DNA of 64,000 nucleotides, taken from assembly GCA_019058015.1 (NCBI GenBank), contig JAHLWH010000134.1:10299-74298 (forward strand), written 5' to 3'. Numbering within the stretch: the stretch's first letter is position 1; the number at the start of each line of letters is the position of its first letter. Shown piece after piece: positions 27,060 through 37,695 of the stretch. This DNA is from Promethearchaeota archaeon (GTDB taxonomy: Archaea; Asgardarchaeota; Lokiarchaeia; Sigyniarchaeales; SOKP01). A program made the position numbers and the translations under genes. The notes below the pieces were generated by a model. The model was given only the letters and a program-made list of their open reading frames with translations. It was not told the DNA's origin and ran no database searches.

Positions 27060-27589
27060 TATTTTTCTCCCTCCTTCTTTTCTTCTTCTATTGGTCCTAT
27101 TATTTTTTCAAGTCCTGTTTCTTTTAATAATGCTCTAACTTCTTTTTTATCAACTTTTGGTGCTTTAGGTAATCCCATCTGATCACGTCTTCTCTCTATT
27201 GCTGGTGCTAGTGGAATAGCCTTACCATGTTCTAAAATAAATTTTGCTTGAGTTGTATAATAATCAGGAGCTTCTCCTTTTTTTACGCTCATATTTTTTA
27301 ATAAGGTAAAGATCTCGGTCAATTCAACATTCTGAGGGCACATTTCATCACATGTATCACAAACAGTGCAGCCCCAGATATTAAAATTATTTTCGGTACC
27401 TAGTAATAAATTATCTTTAAGTCCTAAAAGTGAATTTAAAATTAATTTTCTCGGATTATATCTACCATTGGTTACTTGAGCCACTGGGCAAGCTCCAGAG
27501 CATGTTCCACATTGATAGCAATAGGCGAGTGTATTTCCCAAATCTTTTTGGATAATACTATTACGGAATTCGAAATCGATAACTGCCAA
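27059..27589 (-). CDS. heterodisulfide reductase subunit C-like 4Fe-4S dicluster protein
   Basis: CYQCGTCSGACP and CTVCDTCDEMCP motifs. Confidence 0.75.
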   Translation of the reverse strand: MAVIDFEFRNSIIQKDLGNTLAYCYQCGTCSGACPVAQVTNGRYNPRKLILNSLLGLKDNLLLGTENNFNIWGCTVCDTCDEMCPQNVELTEIFTLLKNMSVKKGEAPDYYTTQAKFILEHGKAIPLAPAIERRRDQMGLPKAPKVDKKEVRALLKETGLEKIIGPIEEEKKEGEK

Positions 27590-27738
27590 ATCTTATCACT
27601 AAATTTTTTTGTAATTTAATTTTGTAACAATTCCAAAAAATAAAAGACTAACTCTATTTGATTTTAAAATTTTTTTTAAAAAATCATGTAAATACTATAT
27701 AATTTAAAATAAAGAAAAAAAAATGTTTAATTTACTAA

Positions 27739-28107
27739 TTACTTTACAGATTCATTTTCTTCCATAATTCCAAATTGATTTCCTTCTGTATCCTTAAAAA
27801 ATGCGAAATATCCAACTCCAGGAATAGAGAATTTCGGTGTTGTAATTGTTCCACCATTTTTTACAATTTTTTTACAAAATTCATCTACGGAAGGTACATC
27901 AATGAAATTAAAAATTTTATCATCAGGATTTTCTCTTTTCTGTAAACCTCCATCAATACCTGGGATGTCTTCTTGGCCTGTACTGATTAACCAATATTCG
28001 ACAGAACCTTCCCATTTTTCAATTTTCCAATCAAAAACATTCTCATAAAATTTTTTTGCTCGTAATGGTTGATCAGCATTAATTTCAAAATGAGTAACTC
28101 TAGGCAT
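27739..28107 (-). CDS. glyoxalase/bleomycin-resistance (VOC) family protein
   Basis: VTHFEINADQPLRAKKFYENVFDW N-terminus and GVGYFAFFKDTEGNQFG C-terminus. Confidence 0.75.
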   Translation of the reverse strand: MPRVTHFEINADQPLRAKKFYENVFDWKIEKWEGSVEYWLISTGQEDIPGIDGGLQKRENPDDKIFNFIDVPSVDEFCKKIVKNGGTITTPKFSIPGVGYFAFFKDTEGNQFGIMEENESVK

Positions 28108-28300
28108 ATTTTCACCTTAGTTTTTTTTTATTATTTATACTAAACAATTTCAGAATTATATTAATAAAATGTCTAAATCCCGTAAATTAAAGAAATAATA
28201 TATATATAATTAATTTTAAAAAAATACCAGAAAGTGAATAAAAATCTTTTTAAAATCAATTAAGAGAAAAAATTCTGCATTTTAAGCAACTACGTGAAAT

Positions 28301-30145
28301 TTAATCTTCCTTTTTAATGGATTTTATCCAATTTGCATATTTCTCGGCCATAGCTTCAAAATTTACGTCATCCTTTAACGAAACAATTATATTATCACCA
28401 TGAACTATACGAATATCTGCTTGAAGATCAATAGGATCTTTATATTCAGGAATTTCTTTCAATTTTTCAATGGATTTCTCCGCTTCATAATAAATTTCTT
28501 CGATCGATTTATTTATTTGATCAATGAAAGCATTAGCACTAAACTCTTCACCAGTCAGATCTTTTATATATTCTGTAAAACTTTTTAGATTTCCTTGCTC
28601 CCAGTATTCTTTTCGGAGTTCTTCGCCAATTTTTGGGTTATCAATAATGTATCCATATTTTTTTAAGAAATATGTGCGGGTTTGGTATACGCCTAGCAAA
28701 CCAAGAAGATAGGAATGATAATATGCAGAAAAATCTCCCGTAATGAGATGAGGAATGGATAAAGTCGGGAAATAACTTGGTTCTGTTAAAATGTCCGCTT
28801 CGATTTTTCGTATAGTAGGAAGTATTTTGTCTGCGGTTAAATCTCCATCCGATAATTCATAAAGATATTTTTCTATTATTGAAGTTGTCAAAATACGTCT
28901 TGAAGCAAATATCAGATCTCTATGTTGATTTTCAAGATTTTCCTTAATAAGTTCCCACGGAATAGGTTCTCCTTGTTCATTGGCTGCATAAAGGGAAAGC
29001 CAATCTGCATCATTTATTAATTGATCTATAAACATTGATTGAGTTTCTGCAAAGGAGGGTGATGTAGGTGGGAATTCTTGTGAAAAACATGGAGAAGGCA
29101 TAGTTATGTTTGATGTATGTGCTGAATGTCCACCTTCATGAAGGAGAACAATTAAAGTATCCTTTCCACTTCCAATTGTTCCTGGAATAGCAGTGGAAGC
29201 AATATTTATCCATGCAGGCTTAAATTCCCCATTTTCTATATATGGTGGGAAAGGTATATGCATAAAGCGTGCAGGAGATTTTCCTTTCCTTTCTACTAAA
29301 TCCAGTTGTAAAAGTGCATTTTTAAAATCAATTCCCATTGCCATAAAAGTTTTCCCAAAACGTATTAAGGCTTGTTCCAAGGGAAAATAAGGGTCTAATT
29401 GAGCATTGAGATACCCTTCGGAGTAAAATTTATAATTCCAAGGTTTAACTGCATTTTCTCCATGTTTGCTCTTTAATTCATTTGCAACTATTTGACAGGC
29501 AGAACGTGTATTTTTTTCAAAGTCATCAAGTATTGAAAAAAGTTGCTTTTTCGACATATCACCAAAGATAAACGCCCTATAATCATAGTAATCTTCATAT
29601 CCTAACATCCGAGCCAGGCGGTTTCGTTCTTTGATAATATTGATAAAACCGTTTTTAAGTAAAAATGTCTCAATTGAACAAAGGCTTTCATAAACAGCTC
29701 TGCGAACTGATTCATCTTTTTCGGAAGTAATCATTAAATATAATTTAGTTGAACTGGCTTCAATAAATTCACCTGTTTTGGGATCTATATATCCCAATTT
29801 CATTTCTTGACGAGTTTGACCTAATTTTTCCTCCATTTTAACAATTTTTTGGGCTAACGCTTTCGCTTCTTCGTTTTCAATTGCATGAATTTCAAAATAT
29901 TTCTTCCATCCGAGAAGACCGATTCTCTCTTCATCGGATAAATCATTTTTTTCAAGTTCTTTTCGAATCTCTTTTAGGATTGAAGTGTCTGAAATATACG
30001 CTTTTAATATATTTTCTGTTTTAGCAAAATCTCTGGGAATAAATTCTTTTAAATTCATATACATTGCCCAGAATGCTTTTTCCTTGGCAATGTGTAATTT
30101 AAGATATTTTTCATTTAATTTATGATTAAGAGACATAACAATCAT
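28301..30145 (-). CDS. M3-family oligoendopeptidase (PepF-like)
   Basis: LLHEGGHSAH (HExxH) zinc site. Length about 600 aa. Confidence 0.8.
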   Translation of the reverse strand: MIVMSLNHKLNEKYLKLHIAKEKAFWAMYMNLKEFIPRDFAKTENILKAYISDTSILKEIRKELEKNDLSDEERIGLLGWKKYFEIHAIENEEAKALAQKIVKMEEKLGQTRQEMKLGYIDPKTGEFIEASSTKLYLMITSEKDESVRRAVYESLCSIETFLLKNGFINIIKERNRLARMLGYEDYYDYRAFIFGDMSKKQLFSILDDFEKNTRSACQIVANELKSKHGENAVKPWNYKFYSEGYLNAQLDPYFPLEQALIRFGKTFMAMGIDFKNALLQLDLVERKGKSPARFMHIPFPPYIENGEFKPAWINIASTAIPGTIGSGKDTLIVLLHEGGHSAHTSNITMPSPCFSQEFPPTSPSFAETQSMFIDQLINDADWLSLYAANEQGEPIPWELIKENLENQHRDLIFASRRILTTSIIEKYLYELSDGDLTADKILPTIRKIEADILTEPSYFPTLSIPHLITGDFSAYYHSYLLGLLGVYQTRTYFLKKYGYIIDNPKIGEELRKEYWEQGNLKSFTEYIKDLTGEEFSANAFIDQINKSIEEIYYEAEKSIEKLKEIPEYKDPIDLQADIRIVHGDNIIVSLKDDVNFEAMAEKYANWIKSIKKED

Positions 30146-30202
30146 TTCAACTTGGTTCAGTCAAATAATAAACATAACTCTCCTATAATATTTTCGTAAA
30201 AA

Positions 30203-32599
30203 TTATTGATTTTGATATTTAAAAATTCCACCAATTAATTGTCCTGTACTAATACCAGCATCACCAGGAGCGACTAAATCATGTTCTAGAAAAGTAAATC
30301 CCTCCTTAATTATCATATTTTTGATTGTATTGCTAAATGAATAATTATATGCAACTCCTCCTGTTAAACCAATTTTATTAATTCCATTACTTTCAGCCAT
30401 TTTAACAGCAATATCTGCAAAAGCTTTCCCAAACTCGACTTGGAATGCTACAGCAATATCTTCTTTTCTATTATTTGAATTTTCTAATAAATTTAATATG
30501 TTAGTAATTATTTCTGAAGTCTTAATGATGTATTGTCCATTTTCTTTAATAAAATTTATAGATAACTCAATATTATTTGGGTTTCCTTTAGAAGCCAATC
30601 CTTCCAATCGAATAGCAGGTTCACCTTGATAGGTTTTTAGTTTACATGCATCCAACAAATATGAGATGACATCAAAAATTCTCCCTGTTGCACTTGTTAA
30701 AGGAATATTTTTTGTTGGAAAATTTCGATTGGAATATATAAATTGAGAAATTATGCCTTCTAATTCTGCGGATTTATGTTCTAAATCATTTTTTAATTCC
30801 ATTTTCTGGAAAACTTTATTAGCTTCTTCAACTCCGATGATATTTAGTAAGATTGAAGCAAACATTCGTCCAGGGTATTTTGCACATCGATCACCCCCAA
30901 TCATTGGCTGAGATTCTAAATGACCTAATCTTTGGTATCCACTATAAGAACTTAATAAGAGTTCTCCGCCCCACACGGTATGGTCTTCACCATAACCAAC
31001 TCCGTCGGTGGCAATTGCTATAATTTCTTCATCTGGGGATATTTTATTTTCAGCCATTAAACCTAGAACATGAGCAAAATGATGTTGAATTGGAAAATAC
31101 TCAACTCTAAAATTTTCTGCAAGTTCCTTAGCATAATTGGTTGTATAGAAAGACGGGTGCAAATCACATGCAATAAATTTAATTTCATTATCTTCAATCT
31201 GTAACAAATTTTTTATATTCATCAATGCATTTTTCAAAAAATTTAATGTTTCAAGGCTGGTTACATGACCAATATGTTGAGTTGGGAAGATTCTATTTCG
31301 CCTTAATACTGCTCCAGTTAAATTTAATTCAGGTCCAGTTGCCAAAGCCCCCGGAACATCTACTTCAAAAGGTAATGGCAGGTATTCAGGAATATAACCT
31401 CTAGATCGACGAATTAATTTAATTTTGTTTCCATGTACTCTTAAAACACTATCATCACATCTCTGAAAAATTGTTCTATTATGTAAGAGAAAAAAATCAG
31501 CAAGTCCTTGCAATTGCTCAAAAATCATTTCATTTCTTATTCCCATAGGTAAATTTGATACATTTCCGCTAGTATAGATTAATGGTTTTTGCCCTATAAA
31601 ATCAAAAAGCAGATAATGAATCCCGGCATAAGGTAACATTACACCTATTGAACTTAAACCTGGAGCCACTTGATTTGAAAGTATTCCATCATTAGATCCT
31701 TTTTTTTTTTCAAGAATGACAATAGGTCTTCTAAAAGAAGTTAAAAATTCTCTTTCTTTCTCAGAGAATATAACAAAATTTTCAAGAACCTCTAATTTAG
31801 GAGTCATAATAGCAAAGGGTTTATATTTCCGATCTTTTTTTCTATTTCTTAGATCTTCTAGTACTTTATCATCTTCAGCCAAACAAATTAAATGAACTCC
31901 TCCCATCCCTTTAACTGCGGCAATTTCACCACTATTAATTCTTCTGGCTGTGATTTCCAAGATTTCTTTAATAGAATTTGTCTCAATTATATTTTTAGAT
32001 TTATCATATAACTGGTATTGTGGTCCACAAACTGCGCAAGCAAATGTTTGGGCATGAAATCGTCTATTATTAAAATCTTTATATTCCTTTACACATGATG
32101 TTTTGTCCTCATTACATAATGGAAATTCAATCATAGTACTTCTCTCTCGATCGTAAGGTAAAGTATTAACAATCGTATAACGTGGACCACAGACTGCACA
32201 AGCAACAAAAGGATACATATAATATCTTTTTTTATTTTTATCTCTTAAATCATTCACGCAATCATCACAAATTGCAATGTCTGGGGGAAGAGTAAGACTT
32301 ATTCCACGACTTTTTTCACTTTTTCGAATCTTTAAATCTTTAAATTCCTCATCAGTCTCTATTTTCTTAACCGAAATTGATTCAACATAGGAAATCTTTG
32401 GCTTTTTTAATTTAATATCCTCAACAAATCTATCCAATAATTCTTCTTCTCCAGTGAGAACAAGACGGACTCCCGCATTACCTTGATTTAAAATATATCC
32501 TTTAAATCCATATTTTCGAGCTAAATTAAATAAAAAAGGTCTAAAGCCAACGCCTTGGACTATGCCCGTAATGTTAATTTCGATTTTAATATTTTTCAC
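30203..32599 (-). CDS. hypF: [NiFe]-hydrogenase maturation carbamoyltransferase HypF
   Basis: Acylphosphatase-like GIVQGVGFRPF. CDDC and two CAVCGPRY/CAVCGPQY zinc-finger units. YrdC-like and Kae1-like C-terminal regions. 798 aa. Confidence 0.95.
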   Translation of the reverse strand: MKNIKIEINITGIVQGVGFRPFLFNLARKYGFKGYILNQGNAGVRLVLTGEEELLDRFVEDIKLKKPKISYVESISVKKIETDEEFKDLKIRKSEKSRGISLTLPPDIAICDDCVNDLRDKNKKRYYMYPFVACAVCGPRYTIVNTLPYDRERSTMIEFPLCNEDKTSCVKEYKDFNNRRFHAQTFACAVCGPQYQLYDKSKNIIETNSIKEILEITARRINSGEIAAVKGMGGVHLICLAEDDKVLEDLRNRKKDRKYKPFAIMTPKLEVLENFVIFSEKEREFLTSFRRPIVILEKKKGSNDGILSNQVAPGLSSIGVMLPYAGIHYLLFDFIGQKPLIYTSGNVSNLPMGIRNEMIFEQLQGLADFFLLHNRTIFQRCDDSVLRVHGNKIKLIRRSRGYIPEYLPLPFEVDVPGALATGPELNLTGAVLRRNRIFPTQHIGHVTSLETLNFLKNALMNIKNLLQIEDNEIKFIACDLHPSFYTTNYAKELAENFRVEYFPIQHHFAHVLGLMAENKISPDEEIIAIATDGVGYGEDHTVWGGELLLSSYSGYQRLGHLESQPMIGGDRCAKYPGRMFASILLNIIGVEEANKVFQKMELKNDLEHKSAELEGIISQFIYSNRNFPTKNIPLTSATGRIFDVISYLLDACKLKTYQGEPAIRLEGLASKGNPNNIELSINFIKENGQYIIKTSEIITNILNLLENSNNRKEDIAVAFQVEFGKAFADIAVKMAESNGINKIGLTGGVAYNYSFSNTIKNMIIKEGFTFLEHDLVAPGDAGISTGQLIGGIFKYQNQ

Positions 32600-32709
32600 T
32601 TCAATAGGTGCAGCATTAATTTTAATTTATTCTCAATAATCGGAATTGATAGATTTTATTTTAATTTAATTTAATTAAATTTTAATGCATTCTCAATATT
32701 ATATTATTC

Positions 32710-33762
32710 ATGAAAAGCGACGTAAAAGGCTCAAAAATAATACGCTTAGCTCACGGTTCAGGCGGAACCTTGCAATCGGAATTGATAGAATTCATAGTAA
32801 AGGGGATTGCTCAAAAAAATGTTAATAATGGTATTGGTGTTGAAGAATTAGATGATGGAGCTACAATTCCCTTAAAAAATTATGATAAAGAGATTGTAAT
32901 AACTGCTGATGGACACACTGTTTTTCCTCTATTTTTTCCGGGAGGGGATCTTGGAAAATTAAGCATATGTGGAACGGTGAATGATATTTTAATGATGGGA
33001 GCTGAACCTTTAGCTTTAAGTTCAATTTATATTATTGAAGAAGGATTTAACTTTGATATATTAGGAAAAATTGTTAAGTCTTTTAATCAAACTGCTAAAG
33101 AGGTTGGTATTGCAATTATTGCTGGTGATACAAAAGTTATGCCTAAAACCACGTTGAATGAAATTATTATCGCAACCTCTGGAATAGGGATTAAAGATAC
33201 GGATATAAAAATATGTGATAATAATCTAAAGGCTGGTGATAAAATTATAGTAACAGGTTCAATCGGTGATCATGGTGCTGCTTTAATGGCAAAAAGAGAA
33301 GGATTAAATTTATCGACAAATTTAGAATCTGATCTTGCACATTTAAAAGAAATATATCTTGCGATTAAAGAAAATATTAAACAAAATCATATTCATGCAA
33401 TGAAAGATCCTACTCGTGGAGGAATTGCCAGTGCCTTAAATGAATGGAGTTCAAAATCAGATGTAAGTATTTGGCTCGAGGAAGATGCTATTCCAATAAA
33501 GGATGAAGTAAACTCTATTTGTGATATTTTGGGATTAGAGCCATTTAATATTGCATGTGAAGGTAGAGCTCTCATCGCTGTTGATTCAAATTATGTAGAT
33601 GAAGTCTTTAAAAAAATCAAAACTACAAATCTTGGAGAAGAAGCCCGGATAATTGGAGAAGTAAAATCTGAGGAACATAAAAAAGTATTCTTAAAAACAA
33701 TAATTGGAGGAACTAGATTCGTAGATATGCCTTTAGGGGAGTCTATTCCTCGTATATGTTAA
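32710..33762 (+). CDS. hypE: hydrogenase maturation protein HypE
   Basis: LAHGSGG N-terminal motif, PurM-like repeats, and the characteristic C-terminal PRIC. Confidence 0.9.
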   Translation: MKSDVKGSKIIRLAHGSGGTLQSELIEFIVKGIAQKNVNNGIGVEELDDGATIPLKNYDKEIVITADGHTVFPLFFPGGDLGKLSICGTVNDILMMGAEPLALSSIYIIEEGFNFDILGKIVKSFNQTAKEVGIAIIAGDTKVMPKTTLNEIIIATSGIGIKDTDIKICDNNLKAGDKIIVTGSIGDHGAALMAKREGLNLSTNLESDLAHLKEIYLAIKENIKQNHIHAMKDPTRGGIASALNEWSSKSDVSIWLEEDAIPIKDEVNSICDILGLEPFNIACEGRALIAVDSNYVDEVFKKIKTTNLGEEARIIGEVKSEEHKKVFLKTIIGGTRFVDMPLGESIPRIC

Positions 33763-33940
33763 AAATATTATCATTTGAAAATTAACAAAATAAAAAAATT
33801 ATTAATAAAAAATGCAAAATCTAGGAACAAGACAATTAATTCTCGGAATTTAAATAACAGATTAGAGAAAAACTTTTAAGTTAGTTTCCCTCCTAAAGAA
33901 GTTATTTAAATTTCAATAAGAACAAAATTGTTGTATTAAA

Positions 33941-35569
33941 ATGAGGAAAAGACTGGTTCTAATTAATCCAATTAATCCCTCTGAACTAAGTAAAATAAAG
34001 ATAGTGCCAACTCAGCTTTTGATTTTAGCTTCATATATTAAAAAAAATGTCGATTTAGATGTCGATATTTTAGATCTATCTTTTAAATTCGAACTCCATA
34101 GTGTAGATAAAACGATTTCCAGATATTTAGATAAATTTAATGAATATGACTATTTTGGAATCGCTTGTTTCTCAAGTTTTTTTTATATCACTAGTTTATT
34201 TCTAGCAAAAAAAATTAGAGAAATACATCCAAATGCATATATTTTTGTAGGGGGATATCATCCAACAATTAGGCCAAATGATTTTATTTTTCCTAATTCT
34301 CCTTTTAATTACATTTTTTCTGGTGAAGCAGAAAAAGAGCTTTGTAAACTAATAAAAAAGTTAAATGTAAAATCATTTCGCCTTAAGGCACCATTGATTA
34401 TTTATTGTGAGCCCTTAAATATTGAAGATTTCATTAATACTGATTGGTCTTATACAGAATCCCTTGATTATGTAAAAAATCCCACACCTTCCGATCGTAT
34501 TATGATCCCTGTATTTCTTTCTCGTGGATGTCCGTTTACATGCAATTTTTGTCAAGATCCAAAAAATAAATTAACAAAATCCAGCAGATCTTGGAGAAGG
34601 ATGCCAATAAACAAGGCACTTAATGAATTAGTTAATATTTACAATCAATTTCATAATCGAGATAATTTAATTTATGAAGTATGGATTTGGGACCCACTAT
34701 TTGGGACTCCTAAGTATCGTATCGAGTTATATAAAAAATTAATACGATATGCTCCAGATCAATATTATTGGGCTGAGCTGAGAGTTGACACATTTAAGCC
34801 TGATGAGGAAATTCCATTCTTGAAACAACTTAAATTTAGTTTAACATTTGGTCTTGAAAGTGGCTCTCCTAAAATACTCAAAATTTGCATGAATAAAACG
34901 CCAAAACCATACAAATACTTAGAAAAAATGAAAGTTATTTCCGCAAAACTTGATGAGAATAAAATATATCATACGATAAATATATTATATGGTCATCCAG
35001 GAGAGACATATCAAACAATAAATGAAACTAATGACTATTTAGTGAAATTATTTAAAAATAAACATTTTATTTTACCTAATTATTCCATATATGAACATTA
35101 CCCTGGAACTGAAATATATTCAAATATGAGCAAATATGAAAATCTTTATGGCACTCAATTTTTACTAAAAAAATGGTGGAACACAAACAAAAATCCAAAG
35201 ATGGCTTCAAGATTAATAAAGCCTTCTAATGAATTAGATTGCATAGATGTACACTTTAAAACACAAGAAAATGTGTTAAATATTGCTAAAATAGTATTAA
35301 AAAATAAAATTGGAAGGAGATCTGATATGCCTCTTACATATCACAAAATTAGAGAGTATCTCATAAATGGCATAATGACTTGGAAGATGGTGCCTAAATT
35401 TTTTATCGATCTTATTAGAGACAATATTTTTGTTTTATTAGCTAATAATTACTCTAAAGAAATGTATAATTTTATGAAAAATAAAATGGATAAATTATTA
35501 GCAGAAGATTTCCCCCAAAAATTTAAAACAATTGAATTTCTTAAAAATAATTTCCCTGAATTTTTGTAA
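33941..35569 (+). CDS. B12-binding-domain radical SAM protein (class B-like)
   Basis: N-terminal Rossmann-like LVLINP..ILASYIK. SRGCPFTCNFC (CxxxCxxC). Confidence 0.75.
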   Translation: MRKRLVLINPINPSELSKIKIVPTQLLILASYIKKNVDLDVDILDLSFKFELHSVDKTISRYLDKFNEYDYFGIACFSSFFYITSLFLAKKIREIHPNAYIFVGGYHPTIRPNDFIFPNSPFNYIFSGEAEKELCKLIKKLNVKSFRLKAPLIIYCEPLNIEDFINTDWSYTESLDYVKNPTPSDRIMIPVFLSRGCPFTCNFCQDPKNKLTKSSRSWRRMPINKALNELVNIYNQFHNRDNLIYEVWIWDPLFGTPKYRIELYKKLIRYAPDQYYWAELRVDTFKPDEEIPFLKQLKFSLTFGLESGSPKILKICMNKTPKPYKYLEKMKVISAKLDENKIYHTINILYGHPGETYQTINETNDYLVKLFKNKHFILPNYSIYEHYPGTEIYSNMSKYENLYGTQFLLKKWWNTNKNPKMASRLIKPSNELDCIDVHFKTQENVLNIAKIVLKNKIGRRSDMPLTYHKIREYLINGIMTWKMVPKFFIDLIRDNIFVLLANNYSKEMYNFMKNKMDKLLAEDFPQKFKTIEFLKNNFPEFL

Positions 35570-35737
35570 TTCTCTTCTTTTTGAGAATATTTAATCATCC
35601 TTAAATTTAAAGTAATAATAATATTAAAATGTTAATTTCAGGAAATATTAAAAAAAAAGTGGTTCTGCAGCATTCCAGTATTAAAAATATTAAAAAATAA
35701 AGGATTTACAGAAAAAATCACTAAGATAATAAACAGT

Positions 35738-36754
35738 TTGGCCCGAAAAATTAATAAACCAATTAAACTGATGCATGTGTGTGGAACACATGAACATACT
35801 ATTTCTAAATATGGAATTCGTTCAATCTTACCTAAAGAACTTGAAATTATTTCCGGTCCTGGATGTCCTGTATGTGTATGTCCTGCAGCCGATATTGATA
35901 AAGCAATAGAGATTGGAAAAAGAGAAGATACAATAATCACAACCTTTGGAGATATGCTCCGGGTTCCTGCAACTAATCTTTCTCTAACAGAATTAAGAGC
36001 TCAGGGAGCAGATGTAAGAATTGTATATGGGCCAAATGATGCAGTTAAAATTGCTAAAGAAAATCCCGATAAAGAAGTTATTTTTTTTGCTATTGGATTT
36101 GAAACAACTGTTCCATTGATTGGATATGAGATTAAAATCAATCCTCCATTAAATTTTTCAGTAATTTGCGCCCATAAACTCATTCCTGCTGCATTGGAAT
36201 TACTTATTGGAATTGACCAATTAAACATAGATGGTTTTATCTCTCCTGGACATGTTGCTACCATAATTGGAACTAAACCATTCCAATTATTTTCTGATGC
36301 ATATCACGTCCCGAATGTTGTAACGGGTTTTGAACCTAATGATGTGCTCATGGCATTGGCTATGTTATTAAAACAAATAAAAAATAAAGAATATAAGACA
36401 GAAAATGAATATACACGAGTAGTTAAATCAGAGGGTAATAAAATTGCCCAAAAAATTATCACTGATGTTTTTGATTCAGTGTCTTCCCCTTGGAGAGGTA
36501 TTGGCCGAATTCTTGATGGTGGTCTAGCAATTAAGGATTCATATTCTAAATATGATGCGGATAAAAAATTTGATATTAAAATTGAAAATTCTATAGATAT
36601 TCAACCAGGTTGTAATTGCCACTTAGTTATGACTGGAAAAATATATCCATATGAATGTAAAATGTTTAAAAAGATTTGCACCCCTGAAAAACCCATAGGC
36701 CCATGCATGGTTAGTGCAGAAGGAACATGTGCAATTTATTATAAATATGGTTAA
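35738..36754 (+). CDS. hypD: hydrogenase maturation protein HypD (start uncertain)
   Basis: MHVCGTHEH, GPGCPVCVCP, GFETT and SPGHV motifs. The tracked start is a TTG only 11 codons before MHVCG; the frame is open back to 35636. Confidence 0.85.
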   Translation: MARKINKPIKLMHVCGTHEHTISKYGIRSILPKELEIISGPGCPVCVCPAADIDKAIEIGKREDTIITTFGDMLRVPATNLSLTELRAQGADVRIVYGPNDAVKIAKENPDKEVIFFAIGFETTVPLIGYEIKINPPLNFSVICAHKLIPAALELLIGIDQLNIDGFISPGHVATIIGTKPFQLFSDAYHVPNVVTGFEPNDVLMALAMLLKQIKNKEYKTENEYTRVVKSEGNKIAQKIITDVFDSVSSPWRGIGRILDGGLAIKDSYSKYDADKKFDIKIENSIDIQPGCNCHLVMTGKIYPYECKMFKKICTPEKPIGPCMVSAEGTCAIYYKYG

Positions 36755-36758
36755 AATA

Positions 36759-37577
36759 TTATATAACTATTCTATCTGGATGAGTATAAATATTCATCTT
36801 GCTTCCCCTTACAAATCCAATTAATGTAATATTATAATTAAATGCAATTCTTATTCCAGATTCAATCGGGGCTGATATTGAGGCTAAAATGGGTATTTTA
36901 CTTCTCGCTGCTTTCAAGACTGAGTCTCCAGTTAATCTTCCAGTTGAGCAGAGAAATGTCTCTTTTAATTCAATATTTTTTATCAAAGCACTCCCAATAA
37001 CTTTATCAATTGCATTATGCCTTCCAATATCTTCAAATATTTCTAATAATTTTCCTTGAAAATTAAACAATGCTGCTCCATGACATCCTCCTGTTTCTTT
37101 AAATAAAGAAGTCTCTTTTTGCATTTTGACAATACTGTTAAATATTAAATCGGAAGTAAGTTTAATATTATTGAATTGTTCTTCAGGTTTATCAATAGAA
37201 TTTAAAATTAAATCTCTCCAAATTGATGGAATACCACAAGATGTTTTTATAATTCTATTATATGTAGAGGAATTGAAGTTTTCAATGGTAGTTTTATTTA
37301 AATCATCAACAAAAATTGAAACCTCGTTTTCAATAGAATTAACTTCTATATTTTTTATTTCATTAATTGAATCAATAAATCCCGTAGTATATAAAAATCC
37401 AATAGTTAATTCTTTAAGATCTTTGGGCAAACAAATAATAGTAACAACTGAATTCTCATTTATTTTAATCGTGATCGGTCTTTCTATTAAAATAGTATCT
37501 TCAATATCATGAAAATTTCCTTTTTGGAGCTTTTTAATTTTATGCATTCTCTTATACATTTTATGGTCCAATTTCAA
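36759..37577 (-). CDS. fdhD: FdhD/NarQ-family sulfurtransferase (formate dehydrogenase accessory protein)
   Basis: GGCHGAALF and EDIGRHNAIDKVIG motifs. Confidence 0.85.
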   Translation of the reverse strand: MKLDHKMYKRMHKIKKLQKGNFHDIEDTILIERPITIKINENSVVTIICLPKDLKELTIGFLYTTGFIDSINEIKNIEVNSIENEVSIFVDDLNKTTIENFNSSTYNRIIKTSCGIPSIWRDLILNSIDKPEEQFNNIKLTSDLIFNSIVKMQKETSLFKETGGCHGAALFNFQGKLLEIFEDIGRHNAIDKVIGSALIKNIELKETFLCSTGRLTGDSVLKAARSKIPILASISAPIESGIRIAFNYNITLIGFVRGSKMNIYTHPDRIVI

Positions 37578-37695
37578 TAATTTTGTATTCTTTAATAATT
37601 TCCTATTAACAAAATATAATCTAAAATTTTATTATGAGTTTTATATTTTTAAATCTATAGAAATAATAAAAAACTAATAAACTGAGATATTACTA

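Noticed and set aside
4302-27589. Linking the LipS/LplA lipoylation genes (4.3-7.2 kb) with the HdrB/C-like genes (26.2-27.6 kb) as a sulfur-oxidising sHdr-LbpA system.
   Set aside because: They are about 19 kb apart with unrelated genes between them. No LbpA, HdrA, DsrE or TusA-like genes were seen.
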